DNA of 62,658 nt, the filler included. It is 7 parts of 7 records of this genome, joined end to end, with 100 filler letters (N's around TTAATTAATTAA, not from the genome) between each part and the next. Parts side by side here need not be neighbours in the genome. Positions count along the whole stretch, not along the records: positions 1 to 14,839 come from DRR723986_14777; 6 more parts are not named here. One strand, 5' to 3'. Made by a program: the position numbers and the translations under genes. Below, one piece after another: positions 1 to 9,743 of this stretch. The notes beneath the pieces were generated by a model that was given only the letters and a program-made list of their open reading frames with translations, searched no databases and had not been told where the DNA came from. How positions within the stretch are numbered: position 1 is the stretch's first letter; the number at the start of each line of letters is the position of its first letter.

Positions 1-2
1 TA

Positions 3-548
3 GCTTCGGTGGTTGCCCTTCTAGCAGTATTGTATGATTACTGGGGAAAGCACCAGAATCTGATAGGCCCGATAAATATGGGACTTTGCCGTTCTGGTAA
101 TTTGCTTTTGGGTGTCAGTGTAACTCCAGAATTACTATCTACTTTTTGGCCTTTAGGTCTGATCCCACTAATATTTGTAGCCGCGATCACCATGATCAGC
201 CGTGGTGAAGTTCATGGAAAAAACAGGAATGCGTTGTATGGTGGGCTGTTAATGTACGTAATTGTCATCGCAGTAATAGGCTCAATTCCGTTCCTACATA
301 ATACTAATAGTTGGGAAGTACTTCCATTCATAGCCTTACTATGCTACATGATTTTCCCGCCTTTGATCACAGCTATTCGTAGCCAAAACCCAAAACTCAT
401 AGGCAAATCCGTGAAAGCTGCCGTTATTTCCCTAATAATTGTCAATGCCTCATTAGCTTCGGCTTTTGCAGGATGGCAGATTGGATTATTTGTGTTATTG
501 TTGTTGCCAATTTCTCTTTGGCTAGCCAAGAAATTCGCAGTTACCTAA
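3..548 (+). CDS. eboC: UbiA-like prenyltransferase EboC, 5'-truncated
   Basis: Polytopic membrane ORF with 'YDYWGKH..GP.NMGLCR..NLLLG' and C-terminal 'WLAKKFAVT', directly upstream of eboD/E/F-like genes; frame open to the window edge. Confidence 0.8.
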   Translation, partial: ASVVALLAVLYDYWGKHQNLIGPINMGLCRSGNLLLGVSVTPELLSTFWPLGLIPLIFVAAITMISRGEVHGKNRNALYGGLLMYVIVIAVIGSIPFLHNTNSWEVLPFIALLCYMIFPPLITAIRSQNPKLIGKSVKAAVISLIIVNASLASAFAGWQIGLFVLLLLPISLWLAKKFAVT

Positions 549-617
549 CAAAGAACTAAAAGGGGCTCGGAATTGTATTTATTCCAGCTAGCAGCTTAAG
601 CCCATACCCTGTTGATT

Positions 618-1772
618 ATGAATACGATTATTGAACAATCATTTTCTGTACCCTTCAAATATCAAGTCTGTTTTTCAGAAGAAATTTTCACTCCTGAGAA
701 TAAGTTATTTGTCGATATACTTTCTAAAGAAAGAAAGTCCAAAGTCCTTTTCGTAGTGGACAAAGGGGTTAAAAATGCTCACCCAAAGCTGTTAGGCCAA
801 CTGAAAGCTTATTCACAAGCACATTCGGAATCATTTACACTTGCATCGGACCCTATTGTAGTAGTGGGTGGAGAAGCATCTAAAAATGATGATGCCATTT
901 ATAATGAAATTGTTAAAGCAACCCATCTGTATGGAATAGACAGACATTCATACATCGCCGTGATAGGTGGTGGTGCTGTGATAGATATGGTGGGTTTCGC
1001 AGCTGCTATATCTCACCGTGGGATTCGCCTCATTCGTATTCCCACTACAGTTCTTTCCCAAAATGACTCAGCAGTAGGTGTAAAAAACTCTGTAAACCTA
1101 TTTGGGAAAAAGAATTACCTAGGCACTTTTACTCCACCATATGCAGTTCTAAACGATTTCAATTTCCTAAAAACGCTAGATGATAGAGATTGGAGGTCCG
1201 GGATTTCCGAAGCGATAAAAGTGGCCTTAATTAAGGATTTAACTTTCTTTTCATGGATTGAGGATAATTCCTCGGCTCTAGCCGGGAGAGAAATGGCTCC
1301 CATGCAGGAGCTGATTATCCGCTGTGCGCAAATGCATTTGGATCATATATCCGGAAAAGATCCTTTTGAGTTTGGCTCATCAAGGCCATTGGACTTTGGC
1401 CATTGGGCGGCTCATAAATTGGAGCATTTAAGTGACTTCCGAATTCGTCATGGAGAAGCTGTAGCAATCGGTATTGCCTTGGATTCAACATATTCATTTT
1501 TGAAAGGATGGATTACAGAAGACGATCTGGTAAGAATAATCTCCGTATTTAAAACCTTAGGGTTTGACCTTTTTGCTCCTGAGCTAGGCGGAGAAAATCT
1601 AATCAAAGGCTTGAAAGAATTCCAAGAGCACTTAGGAGGTCAACTAACCATCATGCTTTTGAAGGCATTGGGCAAAGGAGAAGAAGTGCATGAAATGGAT
1701 CATCAGCTAATCCATCAGGCTATAGATCTGCTCAAAAGTTACAACCAAACACAAAATTTGGTCACAAGTTAA
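618..1772 (+). CDS. eboD: 3-dehydroquinate synthase-family sugar-phosphate cyclase (EboD type)
   Basis: GGGAVIDMVGFAA, RIPTTVLSQNDS, LDFGHWAAH, RHGEAVAIG and EFQEHLGG motifs; ebo context. Confidence 0.85.
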   Translation: MNTIIEQSFSVPFKYQVCFSEEIFTPENKLFVDILSKERKSKVLFVVDKGVKNAHPKLLGQLKAYSQAHSESFTLASDPIVVVGGEASKNDDAIYNEIVKATHLYGIDRHSYIAVIGGGAVIDMVGFAAAISHRGIRLIRIPTTVLSQNDSAVGVKNSVNLFGKKNYLGTFTPPYAVLNDFNFLKTLDDRDWRSGISEAIKVALIKDLTFFSWIEDNSSALAGREMAPMQELIIRCAQMHLDHISGKDPFEFGSSRPLDFGHWAAHKLEHLSDFRIRHGEAVAIGIALDSTYSFLKGWITEDDLVRIISVFKTLGFDLFAPELGGENLIKGLKEFQEHLGGQLTIMLLKALGKGEEVHEMDHQLIHQAIDLLKSYNQTQNLVTS

Positions 1773-1796
1773 TTCAGAACAAAATCAACTTTATTC

Positions 1797-3008
1797 ATGG
1801 AAATCAAAGGATTTCAACTCAGTTACTGCAGCAATATTCACCCCGGAGAGAGCTGGGAAGCAACATTTGAAAACTTAAAAAAATATATTCCTGAAGTAAA
1901 GACTCGATTAAGTGTAGATAAGCCCTTTGGTATAGGCCTCAGGCTTTCTAATGAAGCAAGTCTCATTCTAGAAAAACCAGAACAACTGGCTGAATTTAAG
2001 AATTGGCTTGAAGCTGAGGACGCATATGTTTTTACATTAAATGGCTTTCCTTACGGTGATTTCCATAGAACAGCTGTAAAAGACCAGGTTCATTTTCCTG
2101 ATTGGACTACAACTGACCGAAGAGATTACACTGTCAGATCTTTCAAAATTCTTGCGCAATTATTACCAGAAAGCATTGATGGAGGAATCTCAACTTCACC
2201 AGTTTCTTATAGACATTGGTTCAAATCCGAATCAGCATTAAATGCTGGAATGAAAACCGCTACCCAACACTTGTTGGAAGTAGTCGAGGAACTTGTTAAA
2301 ATCAAAAAACAAACAGGCAAGTCTTTGCACTTGGATATAGAGCCAGAACCAGATGGGATTTTGGAAAATTCTGACGAGGTGATCTGGCTATTTTCGGACT
2401 GGCTTCTGCCAATTGGTAAACCTTGGCTTGCTGAAAAATTAGGAATTTCTGAAGATGAGGCTGAAAATAGAATCAAAGAGCATATCCAAGTTTGCTATGA
2501 TGTTTGCCACTTTGCAATCGTTTATGAAAAGCCTGCCGATACCTTTGCCAAATTTGAAAAGGCTGGAATCAACATCGGTAAGATCCAAATTTCTGCAGCT
2601 TTACGAGTGCTCATCCCTCATGAGCCAGCAGCTAGAGATTTGCTCAAGGTGAACCTACTACCTTTCGAAGAATCGACCTACCTACATCAAGTTGTTGCTA
2701 AAAGGAAAGATGGTACGTTGAATTCTTATTCTGATTTGCCTGAGGCTCTCAAAGTCTTGGACACTACAGATGAAGAGGAATGGAGAATCCATTTTCATGT
2801 GCCTGTTTTTTTAGATAATTACGGGGCTTTGGCATCCACACAGGATCAAATTTCAATTGTACTCAATGAAATTTTAAAAAACCCTTCAATTGCTAACCAT
2901 CTTGAAGTGGAAACCTATACTTGGGAAGTATTACCGGAAGATACACGCTTAAACTTAGGCGAATCCATTTCTAGGGAGCTGGCATGGGTAATCGAAAAAT
3001 TGAATTAA
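1797..3008 (+). CDS. eboE: EboE, xylose-isomerase-like TIM barrel
   Basis: YCSNIHPGE, TLNGFPYGDFH, EPEPDG, WRIHFHVPVF and HLEVETYTW motifs. Confidence 0.9.
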   Translation: MEIKGFQLSYCSNIHPGESWEATFENLKKYIPEVKTRLSVDKPFGIGLRLSNEASLILEKPEQLAEFKNWLEAEDAYVFTLNGFPYGDFHRTAVKDQVHFPDWTTTDRRDYTVRSFKILAQLLPESIDGGISTSPVSYRHWFKSESALNAGMKTATQHLLEVVEELVKIKKQTGKSLHLDIEPEPDGILENSDEVIWLFSDWLLPIGKPWLAEKLGISEDEAENRIKEHIQVCYDVCHFAIVYEKPADTFAKFEKAGINIGKIQISAALRVLIPHEPAARDLLKVNLLPFEESTYLHQVVAKRKDGTLNSYSDLPEALKVLDTTDEEEWRIHFHVPVFLDNYGALASTQDQISIVLNEILKNPSIANHLEVETYTWEVLPEDTRLNLGESISRELAWVIEKLN

Positions 3009-3009
3009 A

Positions 3010-4386
3010 ATGAAAAAGACAGTTGTCTTAGATATAGTTGCACTTTCTCCACGAGTGATTGGAGCGCATACTCCTTTCTTGAAAAGATGGATAGAAAAAG
3101 GAAAACGCGCAGTCGTAGAACCTGTATTACCAGCAGTTACTTGCTCCGCTCAGTCTGTATATTTGACTGGAAAATGGCCTACTGAAAACGGGATTGTGGG
3201 AAATGGCTGGTACTTCCAAGACGAATGTGAAATCAAATTTTGGCGCCAATCTAATAAGCTGGTACAATCACCGAAAGTGTGGGAAACACTCAAGGAAGAA
3301 AACTCCGAATTTACTGTAGCCAATATGTTTTGGTGGTACAACATGTACTCCAGTGTGGATTATGCAGTCACCCCAAGACCACTCTATCTTGCTGATGGCA
3401 GAAAAGAACCCGATTGTCATTCCCAACCTATGGGGTTACGTGATCGACTTCAAAAAGAACTGGGTCAATTTCCTCTTTTCTCTTTTTGGGGACCAAATGC
3501 AAACATTGCCTCAAGTAAATGGATAGCCGAGGCTTCCAAAAAGGTAGATGAATGGCACAACCCGACTTTAAATCTGATTTATATACCGCATTTGGATTAC
3601 TCTCTTCAGAAGTACGGGATAGATTTTGACAAAATCGGAAAATACTTGAAAGAAGTAGATGAGCTTGCAGAGGATCTGATTACCTACTTCGAAAAGCAAG
3701 GGACTCAGGTGATTTTGCTGTCAGAATATGCGATTACCACTGTGAGTAAGCCGATTCATTTGAATAGGATTTTTAGAGAACAAGGCTGGATTCAGGTAAA
3801 AGATGAGCAGGGATTGGAAACCTTAGACGCCGGAACTTCCAAAGCTTTTGCCGTGGCAGATCATCAAGTTGCCCATATTCATGTAAACGACTTAAGCATT
3901 TTGCCTCAGGTCAAAAAGCTTCTTGAGGCTACTCCTGGAGTAGAACTGGTCCTTGATAAAGAAGGGAAAAAGGAGCATCATATAGACCACGAGCGATCTG
4001 GAGATTTGGTGGTAATGGCAGATAAGGAGTCATGGTTTACTTATTACTTCTGGCTAGACGATGCTAAAGCTCCAGATTATGCACGATGTGTAGATATCCA
4101 CAAAAAGCCAGGCTATGATCCGGTGGAGTTAATACTTGATCCAGCTATTAAGATACCTTTGCTCACAGTAGGTTCCAAAGTCCTGAAGAAAAAGCTTGGT
4201 TTCCGCTACTTGATGGACGTCATTCCATTGGATGCCACTCTGGTAAAAGGTGCGCATGGGAGATTAAGCGAAGATGACTTGGATAAGCCTCTCCTTGTGT
4301 CTCAGGATAAAAACTTGGTGAAGGCGGACACCATACAGCCTACTGATGTCTATGAAGTAATCCTGAAAGCAGTGAGGGGAAAATAG
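3010..4386 (+). CDS. eboF: EboF, alkaline phosphatase/nucleotide pyrophosphatase superfamily
   Basis: PAVTCSAQ, HLDY, ADHQVAH, DIHKKPGYDP and KGAHGR motifs; 1 nt after the eboE stop. Confidence 0.85.
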   Translation: MKKTVVLDIVALSPRVIGAHTPFLKRWIEKGKRAVVEPVLPAVTCSAQSVYLTGKWPTENGIVGNGWYFQDECEIKFWRQSNKLVQSPKVWETLKEENSEFTVANMFWWYNMYSSVDYAVTPRPLYLADGRKEPDCHSQPMGLRDRLQKELGQFPLFSFWGPNANIASSKWIAEASKKVDEWHNPTLNLIYIPHLDYSLQKYGIDFDKIGKYLKEVDELAEDLITYFEKQGTQVILLSEYAITTVSKPIHLNRIFREQGWIQVKDEQGLETLDAGTSKAFAVADHQVAHIHVNDLSILPQVKKLLEATPGVELVLDKEGKKEHHIDHERSGDLVVMADKESWFTYYFWLDDAKAPDYARCVDIHKKPGYDPVELILDPAIKIPLLTVGSKVLKKKLGFRYLMDVIPLDATLVKGAHGRLSEDDLDKPLLVSQDKNLVKADTIQPTDVYEVILKAVRGK

Positions 4387-4427
4387 TCTGTCAAGTATTT
4401 CGTTGATTCTGTTACCGTTTCAATTCC

Positions 4428-4435
4428 TATTTTTG
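4428..4435 (+). promoter_or_regulatory. Bacteroidota housekeeping-sigma -7 element for gldB
   Basis: TATTTTTG matches TAnnTTTG, 14 nt upstream of the ATG. Confidence 0.45.
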
Positions 4436-4449
4436 AAAAAAATTCATTC

Positions 4450-5466
4450 ATGCGTATTTCCAGCTATCGACAAATAACCCTTTCTCTTTTTTTGATTTTA
4501 GCTTTCGCTTGCGGCAAAAAAGAAAATGAAGGCTGTGAGCTTTCACCTGAAATTTTAGACCAAGATCTGACGGTCAATATTATAAGATTAGAAAAGGATT
4601 TTTTCGAAGCCAAATCCATTGAGGAATTCAAATATCTATTTGAAGAAAACCCGGAATTTACTGCTGAATACTTGCAAATGGACCTTTATCCAAGTCCTGA
4701 TACGCTGGCAGCTGAGCTGTTGGCTATTCACCAAGATTCTTCCATGCGAGTACTATATGATTCAGTGCAGGTGATATTCAGCGATTTCTCTGATGTGGAA
4801 AAAGATCTTGAAAATGCGTTTAAAGCAATCAAATATTACTTTCCTCAATTTAAAATCCCAAAGGTTTACACGTTCACTTCTGGGTTTAATTCTGACCTGA
4901 TTGTCACAGATGATGTGATTGTAATTGGACTAGACTACTTTTTGCCACCCACGCATTCTTTTCAGCCAGAATTACCACGCTATATGGCTGAGCGCTACGA
5001 TAAACCGTACATCGTACCGATGATCGTCATGGCAATTTCTGCTCGGTATAACGTAACTAATCCTCAGGATAATAGATTGCTAGCCGAAATGATTTATTAC
5101 GGTAAAACTTACCATTTCACTAAAGCAATTTTGCCTTGTACCTCAGATCAATACATCATCGGGTATACACCGGAGGCTATTTCTGAGAGTTTTGATAATG
5201 AGGAATTGATTTGGTCCCACTTTGTGGAAAATGAATTACTATACGAGACAAATCCTTTTGAAATCAGAAAATACATAGGAGAAGCGCCATTTACTGATGC
5301 CATTAGTACCAAAGCTCCTGGCAGATTAGGAAGATGGTTGGGATGGAATATTGTGGATGATTACCAGTTCAATCAGGATGTACCTCTGGATATCTTGATG
5401 GCAGAACCTGATGCTGAGAAAATTTTTAGAGAATCAGCATACAGGCCCAGGAAGCCTACTGAATAA
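4450..5466 (+). CDS. gldB: Gliding motility lipoprotein GldB
   Basis: Lipobox LAFAC, plus MIYYGK, 'YIGEAPFT..ISTKAPGRLGRWLGWNIV' and terminal YRP motifs. Confidence 0.85.
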   Translation: MRISSYRQITLSLFLILAFACGKKENEGCELSPEILDQDLTVNIIRLEKDFFEAKSIEEFKYLFEENPEFTAEYLQMDLYPSPDTLAAELLAIHQDSSMRVLYDSVQVIFSDFSDVEKDLENAFKAIKYYFPQFKIPKVYTFTSGFNSDLIVTDDVIVIGLDYFLPPTHSFQPELPRYMAERYDKPYIVPMIVMAISARYNVTNPQDNRLLAEMIYYGKTYHFTKAILPCTSDQYIIGYTPEAISESFDNEELIWSHFVENELLYETNPFEIRKYIGEAPFTDAISTKAPGRLGRWLGWNIVDDYQFNQDVPLDILMAEPDAEKIFRESAYRPRKPTE

Positions 5467-5489
5467 GGATTCATTGCCTCTAGGACAAA

Positions 5490-5519
5490 AAAAACGAGTC
5501 TAAATCTAGACTCGTTTTT
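5490..5519. terminator. Bidirectional intrinsic terminator between gldB and the fasciclin gene
   Basis: AAAAACGAGTCTA-AATC-TAGACTCGTTTTT perfect inverted repeat between convergent genes. Confidence 0.8.
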
Positions 5520-5565
5520 CACCAATAAACCCTATCCTATAAAATTGTGGTACTCAATTTCATTG

Positions 5566-6522
5566 TTACTCCGGTACGATGACCTGGTCAATTACATGAA
5601 TAACTCCATTAGTTGCATGAATGTTTAACATAGAAGGAATTAATCCACTTTCATTTATACTCAAACCTGCAAGATCAACAGATAAATTATTTCCTTCCAA
5701 TAAGGTAGGCAAGCTCGCACCATCTCTTAAATCCTGAGAGAATGCTCTTGCAGGCACGACATGGTATAGAAGTACATCTGTCAATAAATCAACATCAATT
5801 TCATCGACTCCACTCACACCTAGAGCATCATATAAATTTTCAAAAGCAGCATCGGTAGGTGCAAAAACGGTCAAATTATCATTTGAACCACCACTTACCG
5901 CATCTACTAGTCCTGCACGTGAAAGGGCTGCAACTAATTGAGTAAATTCTGGGGAAGAAGCAGTGGAAGTTTCAACTGCTATTTCAGCGATGCTTTTTGT
6001 AGGCGGAGTGATTACATAATCTAATGTATGGATCACGCCATTGCTAGCCATTTTATCTACAGCTGTAATCATGGTGTTGCCATTAATCCAGACGCCTCCA
6101 TTGGGATCGACACTCACGTAGAAAATTTCACCGTTCAGTGCCGTTACTGGTCCAGCAGTTACATTATCAGAGGTTATATTGCCAGAAACTACATGATAGC
6201 TTAAAATATTCGCTAAGTCTGAATTACCCAGAAGATCTGCTGCTGAAATATTGTTTTCGGTAATGAAGTCTCCAAATGCTGCATCCGTCGGAGCAAAGAT
6301 TGTAAAAGGGCCAGTAGCACTAAGATCGTCATCTAAGCCTGCAGTAACTACTGCTGTCTCTAAGATTGAAAAATTGTCGTCAGCTACTACTACTTCAACA
6401 ATATTCTGTGAAGTTGGCATTTGATCATCGTCATCGTCATCGCAGGAAGAAAATCCAGCAAGCATTGAGATTGAAAGTGCTACAGTTAGTAGCCGCTTTG
6501 TGTTTAATTGCAAGTTTTTCAT
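5566..6522 (-). CDS. Tandem fasciclin (FAS1) domain lipoprotein
   Basis: Two repeats of T(I/V)FAPTDAAF..L.YHVV..A(S/T)NGVIH; lipobox FSSC followed by DDDDDD. Confidence 0.9.
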   Translation of the reverse strand: MKNLQLNTKRLLTVALSISMLAGFSSCDDDDDDQMPTSQNIVEVVVADDNFSILETAVVTAGLDDDLSATGPFTIFAPTDAAFGDFITENNISAADLLGNSDLANILSYHVVSGNITSDNVTAGPVTALNGEIFYVSVDPNGGVWINGNTMITAVDKMASNGVIHTLDYVITPPTKSIAEIAVETSTASSPEFTQLVAALSRAGLVDAVSGGSNDNLTVFAPTDAAFENLYDALGVSGVDEIDVDLLTDVLLYHVVPARAFSQDLRDGASLPTLLEGNNLSVDLAGLSINESGLIPSMLNIHATNGVIHVIDQVIVPE

Positions 6523-6747
6523 TTTTATTTAGTTAGTTATTAGTTGGAAATCAGTTCAACGTAAACAACTAACCTATGCCTATATTGTTTTTGAAGTTCT
6601 TGCTTTTCCTATACTGCCCAATTACCCAACCTTGAATTACAAACCCTTCCAAGACTAAATAATCACGATATTGGTAAAATGATGCAGGTAGCTATTGCAA
6701 ACTTTAGAAACCTAAGTTTAATATAAAAAAGCGCACACTTAAGCCTC

Positions 6748-7971
6748 TCAACTAGTCAATCTTATGAATTCCTCGTTGGATGATGAGAGATCCTTATTTG
6801 TACTTATGACCTGCTTCAAATGAGCAATCGCTAGCTCTTTAGTAAAATGTAGCTCAGCCAACCTGCGCGAATTTTTTCGCATTTTTATCAGTTGTTCAGG
6901 ATTACTTTCTAAAATTTCAAGGCGAATAAAGGCCGACTCAATCTTAGATGGAAGGCAGGTAATACCCAGCTGATGGGTTTTCACCAAGTCATAAACCCAG
7001 CCCTTATGATTCACCAAAATCACTTTACCAGCTGCCAAGGCATCAAAAAATTTATTTGGGCTATTCGTTTTAAGAACGGGTAAATGCGCGAAGGAAATCC
7101 AGGCAAAATCTGCCAAACTCAGAACTTCGTTCACCTTTTCTTTAGAACCAAAGGAAATAAACCGAACCTGTTCAAGAGATTTTTCCGAGGCTATTTTTCT
7201 CAATTGAGCTTCATGGCTACCCTCTCCCATAATCAAAAATTGCCAGTTTTTACCTCGGTTTTGAGCCATTTCAGCAAGCTCTAAAAGCTCCTCTACTGCG
7301 TTTACTTTTCCCAAAGCTCCAGTATAGGCAATGGTCAGACTATTGGTCAACTCATACTTATCAAGGATCTCTTTTCGTTTCCCCATCAGATAAAACCTGT
7401 CCAAATCTGAGAAATTCGGAATCAAGTGAATCTTTTGTGCAGGAGTAACTTTTCTAAGATGAGATGCGATTCCTGGAGAAAGCGCAACCAAACTCATAGC
7501 GTGTAGGTAAATCTTTTTCTCCAACCTCTTCAAACTGCTTTTCAACACAGGATTCTTTATCGCTCCAACTTCAATCGGTGCCTGCGGCCAGAGATCGCGT
7601 ACTTCAAAAATATAAGGAATTGCCAAGGTTTTTTTTGCCCAAAGCCCAAGCAATCCGGTGGTAAGAGGAGTGGAAGTAACATACAGTAAGTCTGGCCTAG
7701 GTAGTCTCTTAATCAGTTTTTTAGCTTGGCGCACATAGCTTATGAAAGCGCTAACACGTCTAAAAAATCCAAATTTCTGCTCGTACTTAACTGGCAAATA
7801 ATGCACCTTAATTCCCTCAATCCATCGCTGATCATAGCCGGAATTAGACCCGCCAGTAATCATTTCTACCTCATGACCTGCATCCACTAATCCTTTAGCC
7901 AAATGAAAAGAACGCACGGCCCCGCCCTCAGAGGGGGTTTTAAAGTATTGATGGATATAAATAATTCTCAT
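6748..7971 (-). CDS. Glycosyltransferase family 4 (WbuB-like)
   Basis: MRIIYIHQYF, FEVRDLWP and SPNKFFDALAAG motifs; ATG overlaps the asnB stop (ATGA). Confidence 0.85.
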   Translation of the reverse strand: MRIIYIHQYFKTPSEGGAVRSFHLAKGLVDAGHEVEMITGGSNSGYDQRWIEGIKVHYLPVKYEQKFGFFRRVSAFISYVRQAKKLIKRLPRPDLLYVTSTPLTTGLLGLWAKKTLAIPYIFEVRDLWPQAPIEVGAIKNPVLKSSLKRLEKKIYLHAMSLVALSPGIASHLRKVTPAQKIHLIPNFSDLDRFYLMGKRKEILDKYELTNSLTIAYTGALGKVNAVEELLELAEMAQNRGKNWQFLIMGEGSHEAQLRKIASEKSLEQVRFISFGSKEKVNEVLSLADFAWISFAHLPVLKTNSPNKFFDALAAGKVILVNHKGWVYDLVKTHQLGITCLPSKIESAFIRLEILESNPEQLIKMRKNSRRLAELHFTKELAIAHLKQVISTNKDLSSSNEEFIRLTS

Positions 7972-9743
7972 AGCCTGTGCAATTTCACCCATTCTGCAAG
8001 AAGGAACAGGTTATAAAGAATTAAAAAATGTTGCTTCACGAAATGCTCAGGTCTGGAGGCAATTTCCCGCATTCTATCTGGAAAAAGCTCTCCGTGAGAA
8101 TTTTCGAACATTTTAATTGAATTAAAAACCCTCATAGAAAATTCTCCATTTTCAGAAAACCACTCTTGTAAAGGCAACCCAAATCCAAATTTCTTCCGGT
8201 TAGAAATCCAGTTAAGCCCCAACTCAGTTAAATACTGCTTGATCCATGGCTTGCCTTTTAGCGATTTCTCATGGTTAACGTTCCTCCACAATGTCAGCAG
8301 TGAAGCATCTAAATAAGGACTCCTTCCTTCAAGGCTATGCGCCATCAAGGCATTATCCTGAATCTTCAACACATCTTGCACAAGATAGACTTGCCTGTCA
8401 AAATCGAGCATTTGAGAATATAGAGGCAGATTTTTGTCAAAAACCCTATCGTAATCCTCTCCTAATTCGTCAGGAATATTTTCTAAGCCAGAGAAATTTA
8501 GAAAGGTCTTCTGTGGACTTGTATCAATTCCTAATATGAATTTTTGGTAGGTTCTTCCTACAGGGATTTTTTTTAAAATCTCCTGAAATCTTAAAAGCAA
8601 ATCTTTCCTCTTCTGATAAATATCAAACGCATTATGTCGCTGATATCCACCAAAAAGCTCATCGGCCCCAGCACCTGAGATCAATACTTTAACAGATTTC
8701 CTTGCTTCCTTGCCAATCATCCACGTGAGAAATCCTGCAGAATCCCCAATAGGCTGATCAACACTTTTTAGGTATGCTTCCCAATTATCCCAGAATACTT
8801 TCTGATTGATTTCTATCAAATGAGGATTGCCCGGAAACTGGATTGCAAAGCGAGTTGCAGCATCTCCATCCGCATATTTCTTTCGGTATTTTTTCTCAAC
8901 TTGAATGGTAAAAGTAGGTAATGGAATTCCTGTTTGCTTATACCAAATCGAGTAAAGTAATGAACTATCCGCTCCGCCGCTGAGCTGCATGCCTACAGGG
9001 ACATCGGCATGAAATTGATTCAGAACGGCTTCATTTAGCGTAGTTTTAAATGAGTCGAAAGTTGGTTCCATAGATGATTTAGCCTTACTTGAGATTTGAT
9101 CCCATCGAAATGCGGTGTGACTTAATATCTTGGTGTAGCGCTCAGGCTTCCATTCATGGATCCCGTGGTAAAAAGTACTTCCCAAATGAGGTGCTCTCAG
9201 GTAGAAATAGTTTTCAAATTGCTTAGTATTTAGCTCAGAAGACTTTAAGCTTTGGATGCTTCTGCATTCGGAAGAAAGAATAAGAGTATCTGGGTTCTGA
9301 GCATAATAAAGAGGCTTTTCACCAGTTTGATCCCGGGCAACGAGGACAGATTTCTCGATCAAATCCACATAAATCAACGCAAACATACCATTGAGTTTTG
9401 CTAGGGCTTCCGCGCCAAAAGCTCGCAACAAATGCAAAACTACCTCCGTATCCGACTGCGTGATGAAGATGACACCCATCTGCTGCAATAGCTTCCTAAG
9501 CTCCTTATAATTGTAAATCTCTCCATTCCAAATCAATAAGGATCTTCCATCAGGAGACCAAAAAGGTTGGTCTGCTTCATATCCCTTGTGAAGAATTTTC
9601 AGGCGATTCACTCCTATCCATAGCCCTGGCCAAGGGCTGAAACTCCCTTGCTGATCTGGACCACGATGATGACTTACCTGAAGCATAGCATTGATAGCTG
9701 CTTCATTTGCACCTTTTCCCCAAATCAGATGGATTCCGCACAT
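7968..9743 (-). CDS. asnB: Asparagine synthase-like glutamine amidotransferase
   Basis: N-terminal MCGI, HRGPD, NGEIYNY, LSGGADSS and SGAGADELFGGY motifs. Confidence 0.85.
   Translation of the reverse strand: MCGIHLIWGKGANEAAINAMLQVSHHRGPDQQGSFSPWPGLWIGVNRLKILHKGYEADQPFWSPDGRSLLIWNGEIYNYKELRKLLQQMGVIFITQSDTEVVLHLLRAFGAEALAKLNGMFALIYVDLIEKSVLVARDQTGEKPLYYAQNPDTLILSSECRSIQSLKSSELNTKQFENYFYLRAPHLGSTFYHGIHEWKPERYTKILSHTAFRWDQISSKAKSSMEPTFDSFKTTLNEAVLNQFHADVPVGMQLSGGADSSLLYSIWYKQTGIPLPTFTIQVEKKYRKKYADGDAATRFAIQFPGNPHLIEINQKVFWDNWEAYLKSVDQPIGDSAGFLTWMIGKEARKSVKVLISGAGADELFGGYQRHNAFDIYQKRKDLLLRFQEILKKIPVGRTYQKFILGIDTSPQKTFLNFSGLENIPDELGEDYDRVFDKNLPLYSQMLDFDRQVYLVQDVLKIQDNALMAHSLEGRSPYLDASLLTLWRNVNHEKSLKGKPWIKQYLTELGLNWISNRKKFGFGLPLQEWFSENGEFSMRVFNSIKMFENSHGELFPDRMREIASRPEHFVKQHFLILYNLFLLAEWVKLHRL

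Noticed and set aside
618..1772. Housekeeping aroB
   Set aside because: Sits inside ebo genes with no aro neighbours and has EboD-type motifs
3010..5466. Functional link between the ebo cluster and gldB
   Set aside because: gldB has its own TAnnTTTG element; adjacency alone is not evidence
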